A stretch of 64,000 nucleotides of DNA from Acidobacteriota bacterium (GTDB lineage Bacteria > Acidobacteriota > Blastocatellia > RBC074), in contig JACPYM010000099.1 of NCBI GenBank assembly GCA_016196035.1, positions 869 to 64,868 of the forward strand, given 5' to 3'. Below are positions 1 to 9,037 of this stretch, one piece after another (position 1 is the stretch's first letter; every line of letters starts with the position of its first letter). The position numbers and the translations under genes were made by a program. The notes beneath the pieces are model-generated. The model was not told where the DNA came from, made no database searches, and was given only the letters and a program-made list of their open reading frames with translations.

Positions 1-48
1 CCCGGTACGAGCCGTTGGTGCGCTGCACAACTACATCAAGGTCTCTCA
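1..48 (-). CDS. Start of an unknown gene running off the left edge (MRDLDVVVQRTNGSYR...). Only 16 codons are visible.
   Basis: ATG at 48-46 on the minus strand, preceded by AAAGGAG (revcomp of 49-60). The frame is open to the window edge. Confidence 0.25.
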
Positions 49-81
49 TAACTGCTCCTTTCGGCCAACAGGGTAACGCAA

Positions 82-112
82 AATCACTGCTTGCGTTACC
101 CTGTTCGCCAGC
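82..112 (-). terminator. Hairpin (gggtaacgca...tgcgttaccc) immediately downstream of the tricorn-like gene; possible terminator.
   Basis: 10-bp perfect inverted repeat with an 11-nt loop directly after the stop at 116. The downstream T tract is weak. Confidence 0.3.
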
Positions 113-115
113 GCC

Positions 116-3100
116 TCAATTCCCCGATCCAGCCGCCGCCGGTTTCCCATAATTCGGGAACGCCGGACGCTTGCTCGGTTGCGGCGGATTGCGTTTCAAC
201 TCATCCAGCAACAGCGCCACGGCTTTTTCGAGTTGCGGGTCGCGTCCTTGCCGCCACAGCGCGGGATCGAATTCGACTTCGACATCCGGGCTGACGCCGA
301 CGTTTTCGACTTCCCATGCGCCGTTGAGGCCATAAATTGCCCCATCCGGCGCGCGCACGACGCCGCCGTCCATCAGTTGCGGCATCGGGAACGAGGCGAC
401 CAGGCCGCCCCAGGTTTTCTTGCCGACGAGTTGGCCGACGTTCAGCTTGCGGAAATACCAGGGCATCGCGTCGCCGCCGGAACCGGCCATTTCATTGACG
501 ATCATGACCTTCGGCCCGTAAATCGCGCCCGAGGGCGAAGACAAATCTTGTCCGCCTTCACGGAAAAAGACATTGCTCAGTTTTTTGCGCGCGAGCGTCT
601 CGACCACGTAATCGGCCAGGTAGCCGCCATTGTTGAAACGTTCGTCAATCACCGCGCCCTGCTTGTCGGTTTGCGCGAAGAAGTAGCGCGTGAAGTTGAT
701 GTAACCGCCATTCGCCGTGTCGGGCAGATGCACGTAGGCCAGCTTGCCGCCGCTCAGTTCCGACACCTTGCGGCGATTGCTTTCGATCCAATCCAGATTG
801 CGCAGGCCCAGTTCATTGCCGGTCGGCACGACGGTGACTTCGCGCGCGCCTGTGCCGTCGGGATTGGGGCCGACTTTGATGACGACCTGTTTGCCCGCCT
901 TGCTCTCAAAGAAGCTGTAGACGTTGTCCGTCCCGCGCACATCGCGGCCATTGACGGCCAGCAGGTATTCGCCCGCTTTGACGTTGATGCCGGGTTGCGT
1001 GAGCGGCGCGCGCAAACGCGGGTTCCAGTTTTCACCGTTATAAACCTTGGCGAACCGGTAGCGCCCGTTTTCGAGTTTGTAATCGGCGCCTAGCAAGCCG
1101 ACCGCGACAAAGTTCGGATTGGGCACGTCGCCGCCGCCGATAAACATGTGGCCGACGGTGAGTTGGTTGCACATGTCGTTGAACAGGTAATTCAGGTCGC
1201 TGCGATGGGCGACGGCTTTCACGTATGGCTCGTACAGCTTTTCGAGCGCTTTCAGATCCATGCCGTGCGCGTTCGGCGCGTAAAAGAAATCGCGTTCGCC
1301 ACGCCAGACCTCTTTGAACATCTGCCGCCATTCGGCCTGCGGGTCAACGTGCACTTCCATCTCGGCCATCTTCAGCACATTCGGTCCGCCCGGCGCGCCT
1401 GGCGGCATGGGCGTCCCAAGCGTTGCGGCGTTGGCGATCACCCAATTCCCTGCCGGGCCGAAGCCCTGCCGGTAAAGCACCTTTTCGCCATTCGCCGAAA
1501 CGATGAAGGCGGCCACGTTGTCGAGCGCCTTGTCGAATTTGCGTTTCTCGAAATCGAATTTATGCAGCGTGCCGCTCGCAGGGCCGGTCGGGTCAACATT
1601 GACCGGCGGATTTTCAATCAGATAGATCGTGCCCGCTTTGCCCGCGAGCAATTCGCCATAAGGTTTGGGCGGAATCGGCAACGAAACGATGCGTTGACCG
1701 ATGCCTTCCAAATCAATGCGCACCGGGTCTGGCTCTTTCTTCGCGGGCGGAGTTGCAGGTTTAGCCGCCGCTGCGTCAGCTTTCTTTTCGCCTTCGGCTG
1801 GTTTGTCAGCGGGTTTGGCATCATCCTTTTTCGGCTCGTCCTTTTTCTCGTCCGCCACTTTCTCTTCGTCACTTTCAGGCGCGAGCGGCGAGGGCTGATC
1901 GTTGCGCAAGACGATGGCGTAAACGCTGCGCGTGGCTTGATGCGCAATGGCCGAAAGATCAATCCAACTGATGCTGGGGCCGATGTCAGTGCTGGCGGTG
2001 AAGTACAAATACTTGCCGCCTTTGTCGAAGGCCGGATAACGCGCGTCGCTCAAGCCATCGGTGAGTTGGTCGGCCTTGCCCGTTTCGAGCGAGTAGGCAA
2101 AAACGGCGCGCAACAGATTCGGCAGTTGTTTGGTATACGCAATCCAACGGCTGTCGGGCGCCCACACCGGCTGCATCACGTCTTCATTAAAGCCAATCGG
2201 GTTGGCGTCCACTTTGACCGGCGTGCCTTTCTCGATGTCTAGATACCAAAGCTGCAATTTCTTGTCGAAGTAAGCGATCTTCTTGGAATCGGGCGACCAG
2301 GTCGGCGCGAAATAAAAGGTCTGCGGCGTGCTGGGTTTGAACTTCTTGACCTCGCCCGTGCCCTTTTGATCGCGCAGGTGCAATTCGTATTCGCCCGACT
2401 CGTCGCTGAAATAGGCAATCCACTTGCCGTCGGGCGACCACGACGGATCGCGTTCCATCACGCCGGAAGTGTTGGTCAGATTGCGCGGATCGCCTTTTTC
2501 CGCCGGGACGCTGATGATTTCGCCGCGCGCTTCAAACACAGCCCGCGCGCCCGTCGGCGAAAGGGCGGCCAGTACCTTGCCCGTTTGTATCGAAGTCGCC
2601 ACGCGGTTGCCGACCTTTTCAAAACGCGGGCGCAACGAGAGCAGATCATTGTTGACGCGGATGTTGACGGGTTGTGACTTGCCTGACTTGAGGTCGTAAA
2701 GATGAATTGAGCCGAGCCGTTCATACACAATCACGCCCGGCCCCGCCGACGCCGATTTGATGTCCAACTCGGCGGGCGGCACGCATTGCGTGATCTTTTT
2801 GGTTTTGGTGTCGAAGGAGAACAGCGTCACCGCGCCGCTGGGGCTGTTGCGATCAGAGAGGAAATAAACCTTGTCGCCCACCCACATCGGATTCCGATCA
2901 ATCGAATTTTCATGCGGCAGCTTTTCGATGGAAGAGTCCGCCAGTTTGGCGAGCCAGATCACATCCTGCTGCCCGCCGTGATAGCGCTTCCATTCGGGTT
3001 GCCATTGGAACAGCGGTTCGTAGGCCAGCGATAAACCATCCGGCGAATACGCGCCGCGTTCGGCCATCGGCAGCGGCACGGGCGTCGGGAAGCCGCCTTC

Positions 3101-3526
3101 GGTGCTGATGGTATAGAGCCGGAAAAAGATATTCGCATAGCTTTCGCGCAGCGAGCTAAACAACACCTGCTTGCCGTCGTTCGTCCAGCCCACCGCGATG
3201 TCCGGCCCCGGATGATAAGTCAGCCGCTTCGGCACGCCGCCACTGGCGGGGACGATAAACACATCGGTGTTTCCGTCATACGCGCCCGTAAAGGCGATCT
3301 GCGTCCCGTCCGGCGAAAAGTGCGGATCGCTTTCATCGCCCACGCCGCTGGTCAGGCGTTTGGCGTCGCCGCCCTCGCGCGGCACGCTCCACAAATCGCC
3401 CGCGTAGGCGAACACGATATGTGTGCGGTTGACGGTGGGTTTCTGGAACAGCGTCGCCTCTTGCGCCGAAACGACGCCGGCGAACGTGAGCAAGAACAAA
3501 ATTGCTGCGGTGATAGTTCGTTTCAT
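116..3526 (-). CDS. Tricorn protease homolog: secreted, WD40/PD40 beta-propeller repeats plus a C-terminal S41 tail-specific peptidase domain.
   Basis: 1136-aa ORF with a signal peptide (MKRTITAAILFLLTFAGVVSAQ) and repeated TolB-like PD40 motifs (SPDG, WSPDS). Also a low-complexity K/E/A/P linker and a C-terminal S41 region (GEYLLAVNGRDV... MPWYF). ATG at 3526. Confidence 0.85.
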   Translation of the reverse strand: MKRTITAAILFLLTFAGVVSAQEATLFQKPTVNRTHIVFAYAGDLWSVPREGGDAKRLTSGVGDESDPHFSPDGTQIAFTGAYDGNTDVFIVPASGGVPKRLTYHPGPDIAVGWTNDGKQVLFSSLRESYANIFFRLYTISTEGGFPTPVPLPMAERGAYSPDGLSLAYEPLFQWQPEWKRYHGGQQDVIWLAKLADSSIEKLPHENSIDRNPMWVGDKVYFLSDRNSPSGAVTLFSFDTKTKKITQCVPPAELDIKSASAGPGVIVYERLGSIHLYDLKSGKSQPVNIRVNNDLLSLRPRFEKVGNRVATSIQTGKVLAALSPTGARAVFEARGEIISVPAEKGDPRNLTNTSGVMERDPSWSPDGKWIAYFSDESGEYELHLRDQKGTGEVKKFKPSTPQTFYFAPTWSPDSKKIAYFDKKLQLWYLDIEKGTPVKVDANPIGFNEDVMQPVWAPDSRWIAYTKQLPNLLRAVFAYSLETGKADQLTDGLSDARYPAFDKGGKYLYFTASTDIGPSISWIDLSAIAHQATRSVYAIVLRNDQPSPLAPESDEEKVADEKKDEPKKDDAKPADKPAEGEKKADAAAAKPATPPAKKEPDPVRIDLEGIGQRIVSLPIPPKPYGELLAGKAGTIYLIENPPVNVDPTGPASGTLHKFDFEKRKFDKALDNVAAFIVSANGEKVLYRQGFGPAGNWVIANAATLGTPMPPGAPGGPNVLKMAEMEVHVDPQAEWRQMFKEVWRGERDFFYAPNAHGMDLKALEKLYEPYVKAVAHRSDLNYLFNDMCNQLTVGHMFIGGGDVPNPNFVAVGLLGADYKLENGRYRFAKVYNGENWNPRLRAPLTQPGINVKAGEYLLAVNGRDVRGTDNVYSFFESKAGKQVVIKVGPNPDGTGAREVTVVPTGNELGLRNLDWIESNRRKVSELSGGKLAYVHLPDTANGGYINFTRYFFAQTDKQGAVIDERFNNGGYLADYVVETLARKKLSNVFFREGGQDLSSPSGAIYGPKVMIVNEMAGSGGDAMPWYFRKLNVGQLVGKKTWGGLVASFPMPQLMDGGVVRAPDGAIYGLNGAWEVENVGVSPDVEVEFDPALWRQGRDPQLEKAVALLLDELKRNPPQPSKRPAFPNYGKPAAAGSGN

Positions 3527-3546
3527 GTTGTTGGTTCCTCACGACG

Positions 3547-3571
3547 TACAGCAGGCTGCCAGCCTGCTGTA
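3547..3571. repeat. REP-like perfect palindrome tacagcaggctgccagcctgctgta (copy 1 of 4).
   Basis: Perfect 10-bp arms around a central C/G. An identical core recurs at 3621, 17951 and 18056. Confidence 0.8.
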
Positions 3572-3620
3572 GATTTGGCGAAAGATGTAATCAGGCGGCG
3601 GCGTAATCCGCGCAAGCCCT

Positions 3621-3645
3621 CAGCAGGCTGGCAGCCTGCTGTACA
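3621..3645. repeat. REP-like palindrome cagcaggctggcagcctgctgtaca (copy 2; central base flipped relative to copy 1).
   Basis: Same core as 3547-3571, about 50 bp away, in the M16 to tricorn intergenic gap. Confidence 0.8.
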
Positions 3646-3650
3646 GACGA

Positions 3651-5042
3651 TCAAAACCCCGGCTGGCTAATGTTTTTCGTGTCCAGCTTCGGCGCATATT
3701 TTTTCGCCACGCTCTCGATCTCGCTGGCTTTGCCGATCAGCACGAAGACGAGATTGTCGAGCGGGTAATACTGTTTGATGACGCGCTGGGCATCGGCCAG
3801 CGTCATCGCGTCAATCTGTTTGTAGTAATCGTTAATGTCGCGCTCGTCCAGGCCGTAAAACTCCAGCGAAGCAAGCAGGTTCGCCAGTTGGTCGCTGGTC
3901 TCGATGGTCGGCGGGAATTGGCCTTTGATGTAATTCTTGGCCGACTGCAAATCCTTTTCACTGACGCCTTGCGTGTGCAGCCGGTTCAGGATTTCCAGCG
4001 TCAGGTCAATGGCCTTTTCGGTCGTCGCGTTGCGCGTGTAGGTTGAAATCACGAACGGCCCGCGCGCCTTGCGCTGTTCAAACCGCGCACTCGCTCCATA
4101 CGTCAGCCCCGAACTCACGCGCAGCGCATCGTTCAACATCGAAGTAAACCGTCCGCCAAACAGCGTGTTGATGACGCCGATGTAAACGCGGTCGGCATTC
4201 GAGCGCGCGATGCCTACATTGCCGATTTGGTAATAAGTCTGCGTCGCATCGGGCTTGTCCACCAGCAAGAGCTTTTTGCCCGCGACCGGTTGCGGCTCGG
4301 GCAGATTCACCGTGGGCGCTTGCTTATTCGGCCACGCGCCGAATTTACTGCCGAGCAGGCTTTCCATCTCGGCAGTATTGAAATCACCGGCGACGACCAT
4401 GATCGTATTCGACGGCGTGTAATAGCTCTCGTAAAACTTCGCGATGTCATCGCGGGTCAACGCCGCCAGTGATTTTTCATCGCCGCTGGTCGGGCGCGCG
4501 TAAGGATGCGCGCCGTACAGGTAGGCATTGAAATACTCGCCGATCACGCCCTGCGCCTGATCTTTGGCGGACTTTAACCCGTCAATGTTCTGCTTCAACA
4601 GCTTCTCAACTTCAGCGGGCGGAAAGGCTGAATTCAACAAGCAGTCGCTGAAAATCTCCAAGCCCTGCGCCAAATCCTTTTTGACGAATTCGGCGCGGCC
4701 ACTGGTGAAATCGAGCCCCGCGTTGCCGAAAAACTGCGCGCCGATGAAATCCAAATCCGCCGCGATTTGATCGGCGTTGCGCATCTTGGTGCCCTTGCGC
4801 AACAGGCTGGCGGTCAGCGCGGCCACGCCCTCTTTGCCCGCCGGGTCAGCGGTCGAACCGGCTTTGACAATAAAGCTGAAACTGATGAGCGGCAGGTCGT
4901 GCTGTTCGAGCAGTAACACGGTCAGGCCGTTTTTGAGTTTGGCTTTTTTGAAGGGCGGCAACTTGAGTCCGGCAGTTTGCGCGGGAAGGTTGGGCGCGGT
5001 GAAGAGCGCAATCAGAATGATGGTTGCGAATCGTTTTAGCAT
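3651..5042 (-). CDS. M16 family peptidase, catalytically inactive subunit-like (no HxxEH motif); secreted.
   Basis: Insulinase-like sequence. Start moved to the internal ATG at 5042 (MLKRFATIILIALFTAPNLPAQ), which gives a signal peptide. No HxxEH zinc motif is visible. Confidence 0.75.
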   Translation of the reverse strand: MLKRFATIILIALFTAPNLPAQTAGLKLPPFKKAKLKNGLTVLLLEQHDLPLISFSFIVKAGSTADPAGKEGVAALTASLLRKGTKMRNADQIAADLDFIGAQFFGNAGLDFTSGRAEFVKKDLAQGLEIFSDCLLNSAFPPAEVEKLLKQNIDGLKSAKDQAQGVIGEYFNAYLYGAHPYARPTSGDEKSLAALTRDDIAKFYESYYTPSNTIMVVAGDFNTAEMESLLGSKFGAWPNKQAPTVNLPEPQPVAGKKLLLVDKPDATQTYYQIGNVGIARSNADRVYIGVINTLFGGRFTSMLNDALRVSSGLTYGASARFEQRKARGPFVISTYTRNATTEKAIDLTLEILNRLHTQGVSEKDLQSAKNYIKGQFPPTIETSDQLANLLASLEFYGLDERDINDYYKQIDAMTLADAQRVIKQYYPLDNLVFVLIGKASEIESVAKKYAPKLDTKNISQPGF

Positions 5043-5176
5043 AGGGGTTCTCCCCTGGGTACGCAGCGCTTCCAGCGTGCTGGCTTGGCAATTGACGGCT
5101 GGTGGCTGAAAGGAAGCCCTCCGGCCAGCTTCCGTCTGCCGCCAAGACTGCACGCAAGGATGCGTGCGTACCCAGG

Positions 5177-6496
5177 TTATTGCTTCTCCGGCACCAGCGT
5201 CACAACGGTGCGGTTCTTCTCGTTGAAATACTGTTTGGCCACGCGCTGCACGTCTTCTTTCGTCACCTTGGCGTAATCATCGGCGGCGCTGAACAGCTTT
5301 TGGTAATCGCCGAAGAAGACTTCGTAGGTGCCGATGGTGTTGGCCTTGCCGCTGATGGTTTTCATCTGGCGATAAAAGCCGGCCAGCAGGATGTTGCGCG
5401 CCTTCTGCAATTCGTTGTCGGTGACGCCGGCGTTTTTGACTTTGTCGAACTCTTCGTAAATCGCGGCTTCGACCTGCGCCGGCGCGACGTTGGCTTTGGG
5501 CTGCGCGTTCACGGTGAAGAGCGTCGGATCGAAGGTTGCGCCGAAGCCGCCATTCACGAACAACGCCAGTTGATCTTTGTCCACCAGGCGCTGATACATC
5601 CGCGAGCTTTGGCCCGAAAACAAAATTGTTTGCAGCATCTGCAAGGCGTAATAGTCGGCGTGCCGCGCTTCAGGCACGTGATAGCCCAGCAGCAAAATCG
5701 GCAGTTGCGCGAATTTCTTGACCACGGCGCGGCGTTCGCCCAACTGTTCAGGCTCGCGCGTCGTGACAGGCGCGGGCGCGGCGTGTGACGGAATCGGTTC
5801 GATGTATTTTTCGGCCAGCTTGAAAATCTCTTCGGCAGTGATGTCGCCGCTGACGACCATCGTCGCGTTCGACGGCGCATAGCCCATCTCGAAATGCCGC
5901 TTGAGGTCTTCGAGCTTCCAGTTCTCAATGTCCACCATCCAGCCGACGACCGGCCACTGGTATGGGTGGGCGGTGTAAGCGTCGGCATAAAGCTGTTCGA
6001 ACAAGATGCCGAAGTTGTTGGCGTCCACCGACGAGCGCCGTTCGGAAGCGACGACGCCACGCTCGGATTCGATAATCTTGGGATCAAAGCTCAGATCGCG
6101 GATGCGGTCGGCTTCGAGATCGAAGATCAGTTCGAGCGCCGATTTGGGAAACCAGTCCTGATAGACGGTCAGGTCGCGATTGGTATAGGCGTTGTTCGAG
6201 CCGCCCGCCGCTTCCATCGTCTGGTCAAATTGTTTCGGGCCGTATTTCTTGGCGCCGTTGAACATCATGTGCTCAAAGAAATGCGAAAGCCCTGTCGTGC
6301 CGGGGCGTTCGTTGCGCGAGCCGATGCGATAGAAGACGTACAGCGCAACGTTCGGGATCGAACGGTCTTCTTCGACGATGATCTTCATGCCGTTTTTGAG
6401 CGTGTGCGTTTTGATTTGGAATTGCTGGGCAAAAACGTCGCTGGCAAGCAGCGCGAGTAAGGCAAGCAGGAGGCTTGCACATTTCCCTGGCCTCAT
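5177..6496 (-). CDS. M16 family zinc metallopeptidase (pitrilysin/insulinase-like), active subunit.
   Basis: HFFEH (HxxEH) zinc-binding motif near the N-terminus. Signal peptide MRPGKCASLLLALLALLASDVFAQ. ATG at 6496. Confidence 0.85.
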   Translation of the reverse strand: MRPGKCASLLLALLALLASDVFAQQFQIKTHTLKNGMKIIVEEDRSIPNVALYVFYRIGSRNERPGTTGLSHFFEHMMFNGAKKYGPKQFDQTMEAAGGSNNAYTNRDLTVYQDWFPKSALELIFDLEADRIRDLSFDPKIIESERGVVASERRSSVDANNFGILFEQLYADAYTAHPYQWPVVGWMVDIENWKLEDLKRHFEMGYAPSNATMVVSGDITAEEIFKLAEKYIEPIPSHAAPAPVTTREPEQLGERRAVVKKFAQLPILLLGYHVPEARHADYYALQMLQTILFSGQSSRMYQRLVDKDQLALFVNGGFGATFDPTLFTVNAQPKANVAPAQVEAAIYEEFDKVKNAGVTDNELQKARNILLAGFYRQMKTISGKANTIGTYEVFFGDYQKLFSAADDYAKVTKEDVQRVAKQYFNEKNRTVVTLVPEKQ

Positions 6497-6756
6497 AACT
6501 TTCTCCCTTTTGAATCAGGATCATGCGGAACTGCATTTGAAATCGGATGCTATCTGAACAGCGGCTTACGCAGCAAGCGCGGACAGGGTTTCAGCGAATT
6601 TGGCTGTAGTTGTAATCCAGTTGTAAAAGGTTCAGCGCCAAGTCTGGCGGGCCGCACAGGGGCCCCAATTTTTTACCGAAAGAATTATTTCTGCCGGTAA
6701 ATGTTTCGGGGCTGTTGCCGCCTTTACCTGAACTTGGCGTGCCAGGGCAACTCAGA

Positions 6757-6900
6757 CAAAGCGCGGCGCACGGGGACGGTGCCGCGCGCGTGAGCAAGCG
6801 GCGGCTGGACGTGAGCAAGCGACGGCTGGAAGGTTACCCCCTTGCGCCAAACCTGCGATGCCGCTTGCTCACGCGCGCGGCACCGTCCCCGTTGCTCTTT
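6757..6900. repeat. MITE-like palindromic element (copy A): terminal inverted repeats cacggggacggtgccgcgcgcgtgagcaagcggc / gccgcttgctcacgcgcgcggcaccgtccccg.
   Basis: Inverted repeats of about 33 bp flanking a roughly 50-bp spacer. Related copies at 23650-23760 and 44565-44625. Confidence 0.7.
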
Positions 6901-7520
6901 CCCTGGCCCTGCTCCCGAATTTTTTACAGGAAGAGTTATTTTTAGAAAAAAAGCATTTGCACCCCAACGCCAGGTATTTTTCGGCCAGCTTCGCCGCACT
7001 CATACAGCGGGAGAAACTGTTTACCGTGGCCGCCCGCCTGCATCGTCCCGTTTTTTTAGGAACGATTCGGGCACGGCAGTCCCCGGTACAGTCTCGGGAG
7101 CGATAGCGCTTGGGCGAGTTATAGCAAGCGACTCGTTGTATGCAGGTACGCCAACCGCTATCGTTCCCGACACCACGACAAGCTCGCGGCGAGGCGTTGG
7201 TAACCCGGCCTCGTTACGGTTGCCTGAATCAGGCGAGTTATGCCAAACTGCCTTTGCTCTTAAAAGCAAAGACGGGACATCACAGAACGAAGGATTTCCC
7301 CCAGCCATAACAAAGATTTTCCGCGCTAAAAAAGCGATTGGCTCTGCTGGCATTGAAAGCTGTCGTGACGCTCAAAGCGGTACAGAGTTGACCGTCACTG
7401 GTTATTTGCAGTTCAGCTTGTTGTTCTCTTTCTCCCACGCGGTACAACTCAAGACCCTAGATTGCATTGATTGGTTTGCCGCACATTTGGTGCGACCGGT
7501 CTGACAATCAAACAACGCGA

Positions 7521-8846
7521 ATGAAAAACGCACTTACCAAATTGGCAGTGATGGGCGGCTTGGCGCTGGCGGCAATCTTCCAGGCGTTAACTGGTTCCGC
7601 CGTCCAAGCCAATGTGACGGGGCCGCCATCGTCACGCACGGGCGCGCCCAACTTAGGTGTCATCGCCGCCGAGCCGAATTGCACGGCTTGTCACGGTCCC
7701 TTTCTGGTCAACGGCGGGCCGGGCGAAATCAGCTTGAGCGGGTTGCCGCCGGTTTACACGCCAGGGCAGGAAATCGCTGTGACCGTCAGCATCACGCAAT
7801 CGGGCCGGGGCCGCTTCGGCTTTGAGGCGATGGCGCTCGAAGACCTGGGTCGCCGCGCCGGTGAGTTGCGCGTGACCGAGGCGACGCGCACCCGCCTGGT
7901 CGAGGGACAAGGCGCGTTTGGCGGTCGGCAATACATACAGCACTTGCAACCCGGCACAACGCCCAACCCGCCGGGGCAGAATAGTTGGAGCTTTCTCTGG
8001 CGCGCGCCGGCGCAAAGCGTGGGCCGCGTGACGTTTTATGTCGCGGTCAACGCGGCGGATGGCACCGGCGGCACGGGCAACGATTACATCTACACCACCA
8101 GCCAAAGCCTGCAACCGGCGGGCAGCCCGGTGACGGCATCGGCGGCCAGCCTGGTGCAAACCGGTTCGCTGACGGTGGAATCTATCGCCACGCTGTTCGG
8201 GGCCAATCTCTCAGACGGTGTCGCTGCTGCCGCCACGACGCCGCTGCCCGTCGAATTGGCGGGCGCAAAAATCCGCGTGCGCGATCAGGCGGGTGTCGAA
8301 CGCGACGCATCGCTCTTTTTCGCCGCGCCGTCACAAATTAACTACTTAATTCCGCGCGGCACGGGCAATGGCATTGCGACGATCAGTGCGTTGCGTAACG
8401 GCACGGTCATTGGCAGCGCCACGCAATTGATCGAAACGGTCGCGCCCGCGCTCTTCACTGCCAATGCCACCGGGCAAGGCGTGCCGGCAGCGGTGCTCTT
8501 GCGCCGCAATGCCGCCGGGCAGGATCGCATCGAACCGGTGACCGCCTTCAATAGCACGACAGGCCGTTATGAAGCCGTGCCGCTTGATTTGGGGCCGGTC
8601 AGCGACCAGGTCTTTTTGATTGCCTTCGGCAGTGGCTTTCGCAATCGCGTGGCCAACAACAACATCGCTTGCCTAATCGGTGAAGTGGAATCCGAAGTGC
8701 TTTTTCTAGGCGCGCAAGGCTCGCTCGAAGGTGTGGATCAATTGAATGTGCGCATTCCACGCAATCTGGCGGGCCGCGGCGAAGTGCCGGTGCAGTTGAA
8801 CGTCAATGGCAAACGCGCCAACACGGTGACCATAAATTTCCGATAG
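7521..8846 (+). CDS. Secreted paralog 1: N-terminal Cys-motif domain (PNCTACH, CxxCH) plus the C-terminal Solibacter-type domain (Soli_cterm-like).
   Basis: ATG at 7521 gives signal peptide MKNALTKLAVMGGLALAAIFQA. The N-domain is conserved with the three following genes (GPPxxRTGAP...C..CH...YGFE...RQYI.H...PNG.NQ.SW.F.W.AP...G.VTF). The C-terminal 220 aa share ASLVQTG...LFFA.P.QIN...[13 protein letters not shown]...IDLGP..DQV.L..FG.GFR...ANTV with the other Soli_cterm proteins in this window. Confidence 0.8.
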   Translation: MKNALTKLAVMGGLALAAIFQALTGSAVQANVTGPPSSRTGAPNLGVIAAEPNCTACHGPFLVNGGPGEISLSGLPPVYTPGQEIAVTVSITQSGRGRFGFEAMALEDLGRRAGELRVTEATRTRLVEGQGAFGGRQYIQHLQPGTTPNPPGQNSWSFLWRAPAQSVGRVTFYVAVNAADGTGGTGNDYIYTTSQSLQPAGSPVTASAASLVQTGSLTVESIATLFGANLSDGVAAAATTPLPVELAGAKIRVRDQAGVERDASLFFAAPSQINYLIPRGTGNGIATISALRNGTVIGSATQLIETVAPALFTANATGQGVPAAVLLRRNAAGQDRIEPVTAFNSTTGRYEAVPLDLGPVSDQVFLIAFGSGFRNRVANNNIACLIGEVESEVLFLGAQGSLEGVDQLNVRIPRNLAGRGEVPVQLNVNGKRANTVTINFR

Positions 8847-9037
8847 ACAATTTCCGGTAGCGCGTTTTGTGTGCAGCAAAACCGGCGAGGCTCCGTTCAT
8901 TCTGCAACCCCGAGCAGCCCCCAGACACTGCCCGGCAGAGGCAGTTCAAACACAGCAAAACTAGCAGTAAAACAAAATCACGGCTGACAAAAAAATCAGT
9001 CAACCTGGCAACTTTTAACAGGAAGGATCAAGACTCC

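Noticed and set aside
179-2242. Long plus-strand ORFs (179-1093, 1148-2242) overlapping the tricorn-like gene.
   Set aside because: They lie antisense within a well-supported 1136-aa gene. Their translations are low-complexity Arg/Ala/Gly-rich, typical of spurious antisense ORFs in high-GC DNA.
8867-9037. N-terminal extension of paralog 2 as given by the ORF track (starting MCAAKPARLRSF...).
   Set aside because: The track uses an alternative start. The ATG at 9038 has a strong RBS and yields a proper signal peptide, and the 190-bp upstream stretch is AT-rich and promoter-like.
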